From the NCBI GenBank assembly GCA_965661285.1, contig CBFIDD010000001.1, positions 276,753-340,752 of the forward strand: a stretch of 64,000 bases of DNA, read 5' to 3'. Source of the DNA: Poseidonia sp. Lineage in GTDB: Archaea > Thermoplasmatota > Poseidoniia > Poseidoniales > Poseidoniaceae. A program made the position numbers and the translations under genes. The notes beneath the pieces are model-generated. The model did not search any database. It was not told the origin of the DNA and saw nothing but the letters and a program-made list of their open reading frames with translations. This document shows, piece after piece, positions 38,885-48,141 of this stretch (positions are counted from its first letter, which is position 1; every line of letters begins with the position of its first letter).

Positions 38885-40225
38885 TCAACCAAGCAACGCC
38901 TGGTGCATGTCAATGTACTGAATCGTGATGTCGCCGTTGTTGAAGTCTTCCTCGTCCATGATGCGACGATGAAGCGGAATCAAATGCTCCACACCCGTGA
39001 TCATTGTTTCATCCAGCGCCGTCTTCATGCGGCGAATCGCATCTTCACGGTCCCGGCCCCACACCAAGAGTTTCGCCAGCAAGGAGTCGAAGCATCCCGG
39101 CATTTCGTAGCCGGGGTGGGCGTGGGTGTCGCAACGAATACCGAATCCGCTTGGGAAGTGGCATTCCCACAAGCGGCCGGGGCTTGGAACAAATTCGCGC
39201 GGGTCTTCGGCGTTCAAACGGCACTGGATGGCGTGGCCTCGCCACGCGATGTCCTCTTGCTTGAGCGGCAGCGCTTCACCTTGAGCGACGCGAATACCGA
39301 GTTCGACGAGGTTGTGGCCGGTGATGAGTTCGGTGACCGTGTGCTCCACCTGGACACGGGGATTCACTTCAAGGAAGTAGAAATCGCCGTTGGCGTCGCG
39401 CAGGAATTCAAAGGTTGCGAGACCCTTGTAGCCCACCGATTCTGCACCCTTGCACACAAGTTCTCCGATTTCAGCACGCTTTTCATCGGTCAACCAAGGG
39501 CCCTCTTCGACCAGTTTTTGGTGGCGGCGCTGAATGGAGCAGAAGCGTTCACCAAAATGGATGGCATTCTTGCCGTCAGCCAAGACTTGGAATTCAACGT
39601 GTTGCGCACCCTGAATGTACTTCTCAACGAACACTCGTTCATCACCGAAGGCCGACTTGGCTCGGGACTGACAGAGTTTGAGGGCACTCTCGAACTCGTC
39701 GGCCTGCTGCACGATTTGCATCCCGATACCACCGCCACCCGCAGCCGCTTTGATGATAACAGGGTAGCCGATTTCATCGGCGAGCGCACTGGCGACATCG
39801 GCACTGGCAATGGGTTCAGACGAACCCTTTGCGGTTGGGAGGCCAGCCGCCTCCATCGCCGCTCGGGCTTCGATTTTATCACCGAGCAAGGTGATGACAC
39901 CGGAGGCAGGGCCGATGAAGGTGATGCCTTCTTCCTCGAGGCGAGCGACAAAGGCGGCGTTCTCGGCCAAAAAGCCGTAGCCGGGATGAACAGCATCGCA
40001 CTCGAGCTCTTTCGCTGCTTGCACCACGGCTTCGATATCAAGATAGGAGTCCAAGGGGTTCGTCCGGTAGTTGGGATAGGCGATATCGGCCATTTGAACT
40101 GGCAGGGAGAGACGGTCTTCCCGTCCGTGGATGATGGCGGCTTCGATACCCATATCACGGAGGGTTCGCAAGATGCGAAGAGCGATTTCTCCACGGTTGG
40201 CGATGAGGACGCGCTTGAATCCCAT
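38885..40225 (-). CDS. accC: Biotin carboxylase subunit (acetyl-/propionyl-CoA carboxylase type)
   Basis: LIANRGEIA, HPGYGFLAEN, GGGGIG, CSIQRRHQK, FLEVNPRVQVEH, DSLLAKL. Confidence 0.93.
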   Translation of the reverse strand: MGFKRVLIANRGEIALRILRTLRDMGIEAAIIHGREDRLSLPVQMADIAYPNYRTNPLDSYLDIEAVVQAAKELECDAVHPGYGFLAENAAFVARLEEEGITFIGPASGVITLLGDKIEARAAMEAAGLPTAKGSSEPIASADVASALADEIGYPVIIKAAAGGGGIGMQIVQQADEFESALKLCQSRAKSAFGDERVFVEKYIQGAQHVEFQVLADGKNAIHFGERFCSIQRRHQKLVEEGPWLTDEKRAEIGELVCKGAESVGYKGLATFEFLRDANGDFYFLEVNPRVQVEHTVTELITGHNLVELGIRVAQGEALPLKQEDIAWRGHAIQCRLNAEDPREFVPSPGRLWECHFPSGFGIRCDTHAHPGYEMPGCFDSLLAKLLVWGRDREDAIRRMKTALDETMITGVEHLIPLHRRIMDEEDFNNGDITIQYIDMHQALLG

Positions 40226-40311
40226 GGACACCCGTCGGCCGACGCAATCTATGAGCAAAGCGGTCCGACGGTGAGAATTTTACCCGACGCCGAGCGGAGA
40301 CCCCCCGCCCT

Positions 40312-41319
40312 TCACTGGACGGTTGAGGCCTCATCCTGAGGGTACACGTCCCACGGCTTCGTGCCCCGCTTGCGAAACATGGACTTGCGCATGGAGCGGA
40401 GAATATCCCTCGCGAAACGCAACGACCGTCGAAGAGATTGGAACGGATGAAGCACATACCACAGCGGATTCCGCCATCCCTTGAACGGATGACGTAATTG
40501 CCGAAGGATGCCATCGGGTACGGGTTCGTTTACCCCATAGGACTGTGGCCGTCGGTCCTTGGGCATGAAATAGGTCCCGAACAATTGGTCCCAAAGCGGC
40601 AGGAACGTGGAGTAGTTCGTCCAAATCGCATCCCGCTCATTGGTGTGATGCCAGTGGTGAAATTCCGGCGTGATGATGAGGCGGTGCAGCCACTTGAGTC
40701 GCCAGCGCACATTGGCGTGAAGAAACAATCCGAGAATGATTTGAGCTGCAGCAAGTGCCCCCGTCAATTCGAAGGAAAAGCCCGCGGTGACAAGAAACAC
40801 GAACGCAGGAGCCAAGATGGTCCCATCGAGCGGATGAGCACGGAATCCGCTGGCCCAATCCAGATGCTCGGTGGAGTGATGAATGGCATGAAACTTCCAC
40901 AACACCGGTATCTCGTGATAGAAGCGGTGCGTCCAGTACACCAGCGCATCGAACAGCAGGAAGCCAACCACGGGCATGTAGGCCTCGGGAATTTTGGCCA
41001 CATACGGCGCAAGCAGGAGACCCGGAATCCATGCGAGACTGAGCAGCCCAATGACGATGGCCACAACGCCCGTCAGGAGGCCCATCAGCGGTGATGCGAG
41101 CGCATAGCCCACATCCGTGTCCAAATGAGGTCGTCTGACCTTTTGTCCTCGGTGACGGGGGAAGAGTTTCTCAAACGGTACGACGAGGACGAACAGCAAC
41201 GCTACAATCACAATGCCTTCGGTGGAGATCATCAAGGCGACGGCGATCAGCCCCAAGGTCATCAGGCGCAGGAGCATGGAGACCAATCGAGCCTTGAAGC
41301 CGATGCGCTCTTCCTCCAT
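40312..41319 (-). CDS. Sterol desaturase/fatty-acid hydroxylase family di-iron membrane enzyme
   Basis: His boxes YWTHRFYH, FHAIHHS, HAN, FHHWHH; N(Y/F) and WD.LFGT motifs. Confidence 0.9.
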   Translation of the reverse strand: MEEERIGFKARLVSMLLRLMTLGLIAVALMISTEGIVIVALLFVLVVPFEKLFPRHRGQKVRRPHLDTDVGYALASPLMGLLTGVVAIVIGLLSLAWIPGLLLAPYVAKIPEAYMPVVGFLLFDALVYWTHRFYHEIPVLWKFHAIHHSTEHLDWASGFRAHPLDGTILAPAFVFLVTAGFSFELTGALAAAQIILGLFLHANVRWRLKWLHRLIITPEFHHWHHTNERDAIWTNYSTFLPLWDQLFGTYFMPKDRRPQSYGVNEPVPDGILRQLRHPFKGWRNPLWYVLHPFQSLRRSLRFARDILRSMRKSMFRKRGTKPWDVYPQDEASTVQ

Positions 41320-41397
41320 GCCAGCGACATGGCCCTTCGGGTTTTGAGGGCTTGGTGCACATGTGCACGAGAAAACGCGCTTGGTGAGCGCTCCTGA

Positions 41398-42648
41398 TCA
41401 GTAAACGTCTCGCAAGTAACGCTTTTCTTCTCGCATCATGGTTTTCTCGATGAAGTGCGTGGCGTCGTCCTCGGACATGCCGCCGTGCTCCATGGCGATT
41501 TCGATGAGGGCACGGTGAACATCCTTGGCCATGTACTGCTTGTCGCCGCAGATGTAGAAGTAGGCGCCTCGCTCGAACCACTCCCAAACTTCAGCGCCGT
41601 GTTCCTTCAATCGGTGCTGAACGTAGATTTTCTCCGCTTGGTCGCGAGACCATGCCGTCGTAAAGCGCCAAAGGTGTCCCTCGTCAATCCAGGATTCAAT
41701 CTCGTCCTTGTAGTAGAATTCGGTTTTGGCGGACTGGTCGCCAAAGAACAACCAGTTCTTTCCGGAGCCTCCGTCGTGGACACGCTGCTCCATGAACGCA
41801 CGGAAGGGTGCGATGCCCGTACCCGGACCGACCATGATGATGTCCGTGTCCTTGTCTTCGGGGAGGATGAAGGACTTGGTAGGCGACATGAACACGCCGA
41901 TGGGAGCGCCAGACGTGTTGATCTCATCGGCCATGAACTGCGTGCAGAGGCCACCACGGGCTCGGCCGTTGTACTCGAAGCGGACGATGCCCACGGTCAG
42001 CTCAACAAAGCCAGGGTGGGCGTCGTGGGATGAAGCGATGGAATAGAGCCGAGGCTTGAGGCGGTCGGCCAGTTCAAGGAATTCCTCTGGTGAGTACTTG
42101 ACCTCGAATTCACGCATGATGTCGACGTAATCGCGAGTCCACAGGTAGTCCTCGATCGCCTTGGTGTCGGCGGTGATGGCCTCGACCTGTGCAGCAGGGT
42201 CGTCCGATGGCACGGACGGGCGGAGTGCAGGAGGCGTCTGCTGGTTGTCGGTGGCGGACCACGAGGCGTCGTTTCGGGTGCGAGACACGATGCTCATGCT
42301 GATCTTCATGCCGCTCGAGACGACTTTTTCTGCGAGGGATTGGACGAATTTTTTGTTGGCCATGTGGACCTCAAAATCCTTCTTGAGGGCATCATAGAGC
42401 GTTCGCTCGCCGTTGTGGGTGGTGACGGTGGCGTCCCGGTCCCAACCTTGGACATCGAGGAGTTCCTCAACGATGTGCGGTGGGTTCTCTGCGATGACGC
42501 CAAGGGCGTCGCCGACCTTGTAGTCCAGGCCCGAATCTCCGATAGCGAAGACGATGTGTCGCGTCTCCTTGCGAGAGCCTTCTCCGTTGAGGATGTAGTT
42601 CTCGGTTATGTGAGTCATGTAGGGATTTTTTGCAGACCAGTTTGTCAT
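41398..42648 (-). CDS. NADPH-dependent FAD oxidoreductase (CysJ/P450-reductase FAD-NADP module, no flavodoxin domain)
   Basis: RLYSIASS, GLCT, GPGTGIAPFR, SRD...KIYVQ, YICGD..MAKDV, RY.RDVY. Confidence 0.9.
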   Translation of the reverse strand: MTNWSAKNPYMTHITENYILNGEGSRKETRHIVFAIGDSGLDYKVGDALGVIAENPPHIVEELLDVQGWDRDATVTTHNGERTLYDALKKDFEVHMANKKFVQSLAEKVVSSGMKISMSIVSRTRNDASWSATDNQQTPPALRPSVPSDDPAAQVEAITADTKAIEDYLWTRDYVDIMREFEVKYSPEEFLELADRLKPRLYSIASSHDAHPGFVELTVGIVRFEYNGRARGGLCTQFMADEINTSGAPIGVFMSPTKSFILPEDKDTDIIMVGPGTGIAPFRAFMEQRVHDGGSGKNWLFFGDQSAKTEFYYKDEIESWIDEGHLWRFTTAWSRDQAEKIYVQHRLKEHGAEVWEWFERGAYFYICGDKQYMAKDVHRALIEIAMEHGGMSEDDATHFIEKTMMREEKRYLRDVY

Positions 42649-42779
42649 CTCGTCACCTCATTCCACGGGGGATGATTTTCGCACTCAAGGTCGCTATATC
42701 ATCGTTGGTATCGTTTCACATCCTCGCTACCAAAGCCCCGAACCGATGAGAAGAAGAAGCACCGTGCAGTCCGGGCGAC

Positions 42780-43562
42780 ATGGTGCACCGTATCGAAATG
42801 TTGGGGACGGGCAACGCCTTCCTCCCACATGGCCGGCACCATTCCTTCGCGCTCTTCGACGGGCGCCACATCATCGACGCTCCCCCCACAGCCCTTGCCG
42901 GTCTTCGGCGGGCCGGTCACGATGTCGCTGGTATCGAAACGGTGTTCGTGACCCATGTTCACGGCGACCATGTGTTTGGATTTCCCTTTCTCTTATTGGA
43001 ACGCAAGTACATCTCTGACAGGGAGGGACAGCAACCCCTCACCGTGGTTGGAACACCGTTTGTGAAGAAACGGTTGACCCACCTCTGTGAATTGGCCTTT
43101 CCCGGTTCACTCGACAGCATGCTCGACCACGTCACTTGGGTAATGGACGACACGGGTGAACTGAACGACGGCTGGCGGTGGGAGCGGTTTGAAGTTCACC
43201 ATGAAGACGCTGTCGAACCGCACGGCTATCGGTTTGAGCACACCGACGGCACGTCCTTTGTTCACAGCGGCGATTCTGGGCCGTGTGATGCCCTCTACGA
43301 GGCGATTGAACGGTCTCACCTGGCGGTGTTGGAAATGGGTTTCCCCGACTGGGTGCCCTCAACTCACCACCACAAGCCCATGGACATCATGGCCCTGGCC
43401 GAACGCTGCGCAACACCACTGGCCATCACGCACACCTACGTCGACGACGAAAGCCCCTTTCCGCGTCTGCTTGAAGACACAGAACCAACATTCCCCGAAC
43501 ACGTGGTCCAACTTCACGATGGAGATCTCATCAAATGGAACGGAACGTCGTGGATGTTCTGA
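42780..43562 (+). CDS. Metallo-beta-lactamase fold hydrolase (RNase Z-like)
   Basis: LGTG, THVHGDH, SGDS motifs. Confidence 0.85.
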   Translation: MVHRIEMLGTGNAFLPHGRHHSFALFDGRHIIDAPPTALAGLRRAGHDVAGIETVFVTHVHGDHVFGFPFLLLERKYISDREGQQPLTVVGTPFVKKRLTHLCELAFPGSLDSMLDHVTWVMDDTGELNDGWRWERFEVHHEDAVEPHGYRFEHTDGTSFVHSGDSGPCDALYEAIERSHLAVLEMGFPDWVPSTHHHKPMDIMALAERCATPLAITHTYVDDESPFPRLLEDTEPTFPEHVVQLHDGDLIKWNGTSWMF

Positions 43563-43777
43563 TGTTCTCCTCGGAAGATTCGCTCATCCGAAGATGTTCA
43601 TTTTTGATTTTCGAGCCACGCTTTATATTGGGAACTTCGGCGTCCGCTTCTTGTGAAATCCCTGCCTTCCATTTCTCCTCGTGAACAGGCATATAAGGGG
43701 GACTCGGACTCACCGCCATTATGGCGATTGGTTGGCAAATCAACCGCTCGACATGGGTATAAATACGGGGGTGATTT

Positions 43778-45022
43778 TTGGTGAAAAACAACATCTTTGA
43801 CAAGTTTGTTTCACAAAAAACCCTCTTCAAAAACAAGGAACATCTGCGCCACAATTTCATGCCGCAACACCTCCCGCACAGAGAGGGAGAGATTGAGAAA
43901 ATCTCCTACAACCTTTGGGAGGCACTCAAAGGGCACATTCCCAGCAACATGACGCTCTACGGCGTCACAGGTGCAGGAAAAACGGCCGTCACGGACTATG
44001 TCTGTCATCACCTCCGGGCCAAGGGCGAGACCATGGGACGACAGGTTGAATCCATCATGGTGAATTGTCGGCAGATCGACACGCAATACCGAGTGCTCAG
44101 TCACATCGGTAATTCACTGCTTGAGGACTTTGAGCAGGACGAAATTCCATTCACCGGATGGCCCACGGACAGGGTGTTCAACGAACTTATTCGACGCATG
44201 GACCGGAGGGGTGGCGTGTTTGTCATCGTCCTTGACGAGATCGACCACCTGGTCCGAAAGGCGGGGGATGATTTGCTCTACAACTTGACGAACATGAACT
44301 CCTCGCTCAAATCCGCACGCGCTTGCGTCATCGGCATCTCAAACGACCTGAAGTTCACCGATTTCCTCGACCCGAGGGTTCGTTCACGATTGGGCCAGCT
44401 GGATGTCCTTTTCCGACCGTACGATGCGGAGCAACTCCAAGACATTCTTCGTCAGCGGGCTCGGGAAGGCTTGGATGCTGAAGCCATCGGCCCGGGCGTC
44501 ATTGAACTCTGTGCTGCCCTCGCCGCTCAAGAGCACGGTGATGCGCGCTGCGCTCTTGACTTGCTTCGAATCTCTGCGGAAAAGGCAGAACAATCCGGAG
44601 ATGATACGGTCAACCAAAACCATGTCCGCATCGCTCAGAGCCAGATTGAATCCGACCAGATGACGCCCGTCATCGCAAGTCTGCCCAGCCAACAAAAACT
44701 GGTGTTGGCCGCCATCCTTCTCAACGAACAGAACGGCCTACGAAACGTTCAGACCGGCCAAGTCTACGACATTTACCGGCAAGCCTGCCAGCACATCCGC
44801 CAAAATCCATTGACGCAGCGCAGAATCTCGGGGCTGATCTCCAACCTCGATATGCTCGGTTTGATCACGGCTCGCACGGTCAGCAAAGGCCGATACGGTC
44901 GGTCAAAAGAAATCAATTCCTGCATCCCGGGCAACGTTGACGTCAGGACCATCATGTCCACTTCAGAGGAAGAGATGGACGTGGTCTTCAAGGCGAATTA
45001 CCACCACCAAACCTCGCTTTGA
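43778..45022 (+). CDS. cdc6: Orc1/Cdc6 replication initiator
   Basis: LPHRE, Walker A GVTGAGKT, VNC, Walker B LDEID, LDPRVRSRL, F.PY, GDAR.ALDLLR, C-terminal wHTH S.GRYGR; start 43778 or 43781. Confidence 0.95.
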   Translation: MVKNNIFDKFVSQKTLFKNKEHLRHNFMPQHLPHREGEIEKISYNLWEALKGHIPSNMTLYGVTGAGKTAVTDYVCHHLRAKGETMGRQVESIMVNCRQIDTQYRVLSHIGNSLLEDFEQDEIPFTGWPTDRVFNELIRRMDRRGGVFVIVLDEIDHLVRKAGDDLLYNLTNMNSSLKSARACVIGISNDLKFTDFLDPRVRSRLGQLDVLFRPYDAEQLQDILRQRAREGLDAEAIGPGVIELCAALAAQEHGDARCALDLLRISAEKAEQSGDDTVNQNHVRIAQSQIESDQMTPVIASLPSQQKLVLAAILLNEQNGLRNVQTGQVYDIYRQACQHIRQNPLTQRRISGLISNLDMLGLITARTVSKGRYGRSKEINSCIPGNVDVRTIMSTSEEEMDVVFKANYHHQTSL

Positions 45023-45090
45023 TGAGGCCTTCACCTCTACGGGTTGGTCCGTTCGGTGTGCTTAAATGCAGTACGCCAGTCGGCGAGTGC

Positions 45091-45639
45091 ATGAGCGAGA
45101 ACGATACCGGCGACGTCTTGGACGGCAAAGTGCCCGTTTATGCTTCTGCACTGGTCTTCCTCGGTGTCTGGGGACTGGTCCTTGCCGCCCTCAACATGTT
45201 CAGCATGGCCCACCCAACCCACCACGTTTCGTGGGGCGGACTGCTCACCTTTGAAGCGACCAACGCCGCCTTCGGGGATGCCAAAGACGGGTTCCATTTT
45301 GAAATTCTTGGCGACACCATCTTCATCGCCGGTTGTATCGGCCTTATCGCCCTCGGTAGCCGAATCGTCAACGAGCGTCACTCCGTCGGCGACTGGGCTA
45401 AGGGCCTGGTCATCAACGATACGTGGCCTGCCCTCAACGACTCAAGCCTCGGCGGCGGCCAGCGAACCATGGCTGCTTGGTGCTTGTTGCTCGGCTTGGT
45501 GTTCTATCTCTACTTCGGTATCGCTCACAGCGGATGGATCGATGTCGGCGTTTACTCGGTCACCATCGCCCTCATGGCTTCCGGCTTTGCACTCAACCAC
45601 GCCAGCCGCGTCCCTCCCGGCGATGACAAGATCGATTGA
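45091..45639 (+). CDS. Hypothetical 4-TM membrane protein
   Basis: Hydrophobic helices; start set at MSENDT. Confidence 0.7.
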   Translation: MSENDTGDVLDGKVPVYASALVFLGVWGLVLAALNMFSMAHPTHHVSWGGLLTFEATNAAFGDAKDGFHFEILGDTIFIAGCIGLIALGSRIVNERHSVGDWAKGLVINDTWPALNDSSLGGGQRTMAAWCLLLGLVFYLYFGIAHSGWIDVGVYSVTIALMASGFALNHASRVPPGDDKID

Positions 45640-45650
45640 AACAGGTCGCT

Positions 45651-46760
45651 TCACCGTTTGTGACCGTTGCGCCCCAAAACGGCGTCAACACAACCCATGA
45701 ACAAACCCTGCCATAGTGCAAAACTCCAACGCAAGGTCAGTCTGCGAACGCCCAGCATGGCGATGAACTTGTTGTGCTTCGTCGTGCGCATCACCTCTCG
45801 GTTCACCACACCCAAACGTCCACGCCACAGGAAAATTTCGTGAACGATGAGCAAAAGAAACGAAACGAACAGAACGTTCCCCTCCCACACATCGAGGGCA
45901 CTGCGGCTCAAGGAGAGTTCTCCTGAAAAAAGACCCCAAACAAAAGGCACACCTGAGATAACAATGCCAAGCCACATTGGAAAGAGCCAAAGCACCATCA
46001 TTGAACTTCCGAGGAAATCAAAACCGGGCCCTTGACGACGGCGTTTTGGATGATGACGAACGATTCTCATGTGTGCTCGGGCATCTCGCCGACGTTTGGC
46101 CAAAAAATGGGCTGCACCGGTTTCGGGAACATGCTTGACCAGCGCATCACGCGCGTACACGATGGTTCCGCCCGCTTCGATAAGACGGAGGCTGACCTCC
46201 ATGTCCTCTGCGTGATACCAACGCGGGTCGAAACCACCAACCTCCAGCAAGGCCTCCCGCAAGAACATAGAACACGGGCCGTTGGCAAGACTTGTTCGCC
46301 GTGGACGGGCGCGGTACTTTGCGGCGATTTCAACCGACCGGAGGCGGCTCACCAAATCGTCGGCTTGTTCAAACACGGTTCTGCCCGTGACGGCGACAAC
46401 CCGTTCCTGCTCGGACACCGGTTGAATGTTGGCGACCATTTTTGCAATCCAATCCTGCTCCGGACGAACGTCAATGTCCGTGATGGCCACCCACGCACCG
46501 GTGGCGTGCTCCACTGCCCACTGCCGGCCCGCTGACAACCCGAGGGGAGGTTGGTGATGCACGGTCAGAGGCGTACCACGCTCACCGTTCGGGTCGTGGT
46601 ACGGAGAAAGAATCGCTTCCGCCCCGTCGGTCGAACCGTCGTTGACCACCAAAATCTCAAGGTTGGCATAGGTTTGCTTGAGCAAGGCATCCAAACACCC
46701 CTCAATCCAATGGGCACCGTTTCGAACGCACACCGAAACCGAGACCTTCGGTTCACTCAC
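45651..46760 (-). CDS. GT2 family glycosyltransferase
   Basis: VVNDGSTD, TDID (DxD), GGFD...AED, C-terminal TMs. Confidence 0.9.
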   Translation of the reverse strand: MSEPKVSVSVCVRNGAHWIEGCLDALLKQTYANLEILVVNDGSTDGAEAILSPYHDPNGERGTPLTVHHQPPLGLSAGRQWAVEHATGAWVAITDIDVRPEQDWIAKMVANIQPVSEQERVVAVTGRTVFEQADDLVSRLRSVEIAAKYRARPRRTSLANGPCSMFLREALLEVGGFDPRWYHAEDMEVSLRLIEAGGTIVYARDALVKHVPETGAAHFLAKRRRDARAHMRIVRHHPKRRRQGPGFDFLGSSMMVLWLFPMWLGIVISGVPFVWGLFSGELSLSRSALDVWEGNVLFVSFLLLIVHEIFLWRGRLGVVNREVMRTTKHNKFIAMLGVRRLTLRWSFALWQGLFMGCVDAVLGRNGHKR

Positions 46761-47780
46761 TCAAACCACCTCAAACAATTCCAGAAGGCGGCGACATCTC
46801 GCCTTGGTCTCAAGACTGCTCGGTTGAGCGACCACGCCCACACCGGGCTGGCCGTAGAGAACGACAGCATGCAGAGGCACATGAAGATGAATGAACAAGG
46901 GCGCCAAATCCTCCTCCCCTTCGACCACCACCACCGAGGGTTGCTCAAGATGGGCGGCGTGGGCGATGACCGCTTTGAGTTCAGGCGTGAGAACACCGGC
47001 TGGATTGGTGGCCTCCAGGACATGGTCAAACGAAGAAAGGTCCACTCGGTCCTCTTCGGCCAAAGCGGTTCGCTTGGTTTGACCGTCGATGAAGCCCATG
47101 TCGGGAACGATGTCGAGGGCGAGAAGGGTGGCGACGGTCACGTCTCCCACAGCGATGAGAATGGTTTGGGAGGTGTCAATGTCTTCCAAGGCCGCGATCA
47201 TGGCCACTTCAGGCGTTGATTCTGGCCCTTTGTACAGTGTCCCCATCGGGGTTTTCAATTCTGGCTCGGCACGCGGGTGCATCCGCAACACCTGCCCCTC
47301 CCACTCCGGAGAAAACCACGGATGGCCGTCCATGTCAACCATACCGTTGCGAATGCGTGATGAACTGATGATCTCGCCGTTGATGTCGGTGAGATGAGCG
47401 ACATCGATGATGTGAAGCGGGTGGAGCCCGTTGTCCACTCGTCGCTCGTTGATACGCTCGCATTCCGCTTTTGTTTCGGGTGTCGCAACGATGGCGTCAG
47501 CGGTTGGGTGGGTGGGTGCTGGGCCGTGCTGGTCGTCCAATTCATGCACCGATACTCGGGTTGGCGCATGGGTGGCCACCCAGTTGAGGAGTTCATCTCG
47601 GCGCGTTTCAAAGGACTGCATGTTGACGGATTTTCTATCCGCCATGGCATCACTGGTAACATGGATCTCCACGTGGGCAGCGGCCTTGGAGGCTGCAGCG
47701 AGAAGCAAACGGTGGCCAGCATGAAGGCGGTCAAAGGTACCCCCGACCAAGCAGCGTTGGAAACGGGGCGTTGCTGCCAT
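46761..47780 (-). CDS. coaD: Bifunctional phosphopantetheine adenylyltransferase / GTP-dependent dephospho-CoA kinase (DUF359)
   Basis: GGTFDRLHAGH and ISSSRIR (archaeal PPAT), then VGDVT, D.QTKR, NPAG, GEEDL, YGQPG.G (DUF359). Confidence 0.9.
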   Translation of the reverse strand: MAATPRFQRCLVGGTFDRLHAGHRLLLAAASKAAAHVEIHVTSDAMADRKSVNMQSFETRRDELLNWVATHAPTRVSVHELDDQHGPAPTHPTADAIVATPETKAECERINERRVDNGLHPLHIIDVAHLTDINGEIISSSRIRNGMVDMDGHPWFSPEWEGQVLRMHPRAEPELKTPMGTLYKGPESTPEVAMIAALEDIDTSQTILIAVGDVTVATLLALDIVPDMGFIDGQTKRTALAEEDRVDLSSFDHVLEATNPAGVLTPELKAVIAHAAHLEQPSVVVVEGEEDLAPLFIHLHVPLHAVVLYGQPGVGVVAQPSSLETKARCRRLLELFEVV

Positions 47781-47829
47781 GGCTGTTGGTTTGGTTTTCG
47801 GCCTTTGAGTTCATCGCCGAAAGAAGAGG

Positions 47830-48112
47830 AAAAAAAGCGGTTCAGAGAACTGTGCCCCGACACCTAACGGCCTTGTTCACTGTTTCCTCCGAGGCCTGAC
47901 CCTCGGTGTCGGGGCGTACTGTCCGGTAAGGTGGTTGTCTTGCGTTCATTCTTGCGTCGCACAAGGACCCATAACCCACCGATGGTTTACCGCATTTGCA
48001 CCGGAAGTCACTCCCCGAAGGGTCGTCCCAGTCTTCGATTGCGGCCGTACACGTGGTGTCAGACGTCATTGCTCGTTTCACAGTCGCTCAGCCTGATGTT
48101 GCAGGTACGGTA
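47830..48112 (-). ncRNA. Candidate structured non-coding RNA / leader, unclassified
   Basis: Several nested helices, a cUUCGg tetraloop, an 11-bp GC stem followed by a T7 tract; no convincing ORF. Confidence 0.4.
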
Positions 48113-48141
48113 GTCCATCCTCGGACCGACTCCATATCAAT

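Noticed and set aside
41398-42648. Annotation as cysJ sulfite reductase
   Set aside because: No flavodoxin domain and no cysI or other cys genes nearby
46761-47780. PPAT/dephospho-CoA kinase fusion as a novelty
   Set aside because: As far as I recall this fusion is already known in Thermoplasmata-related archaea
47842-48081. 79-aa Cys-containing ORF; also hammerhead, cobalamin riboswitch, SRP, RNase P or 5S identity for this region
   Set aside because: The ORF has no recognisable motif. CTGAGCGA..GAAA lacks stem II, CCGGTGCAAAT lacks the remaining B12 elements, and the hallmark motifs of SRP, RNase P and 5S were not found
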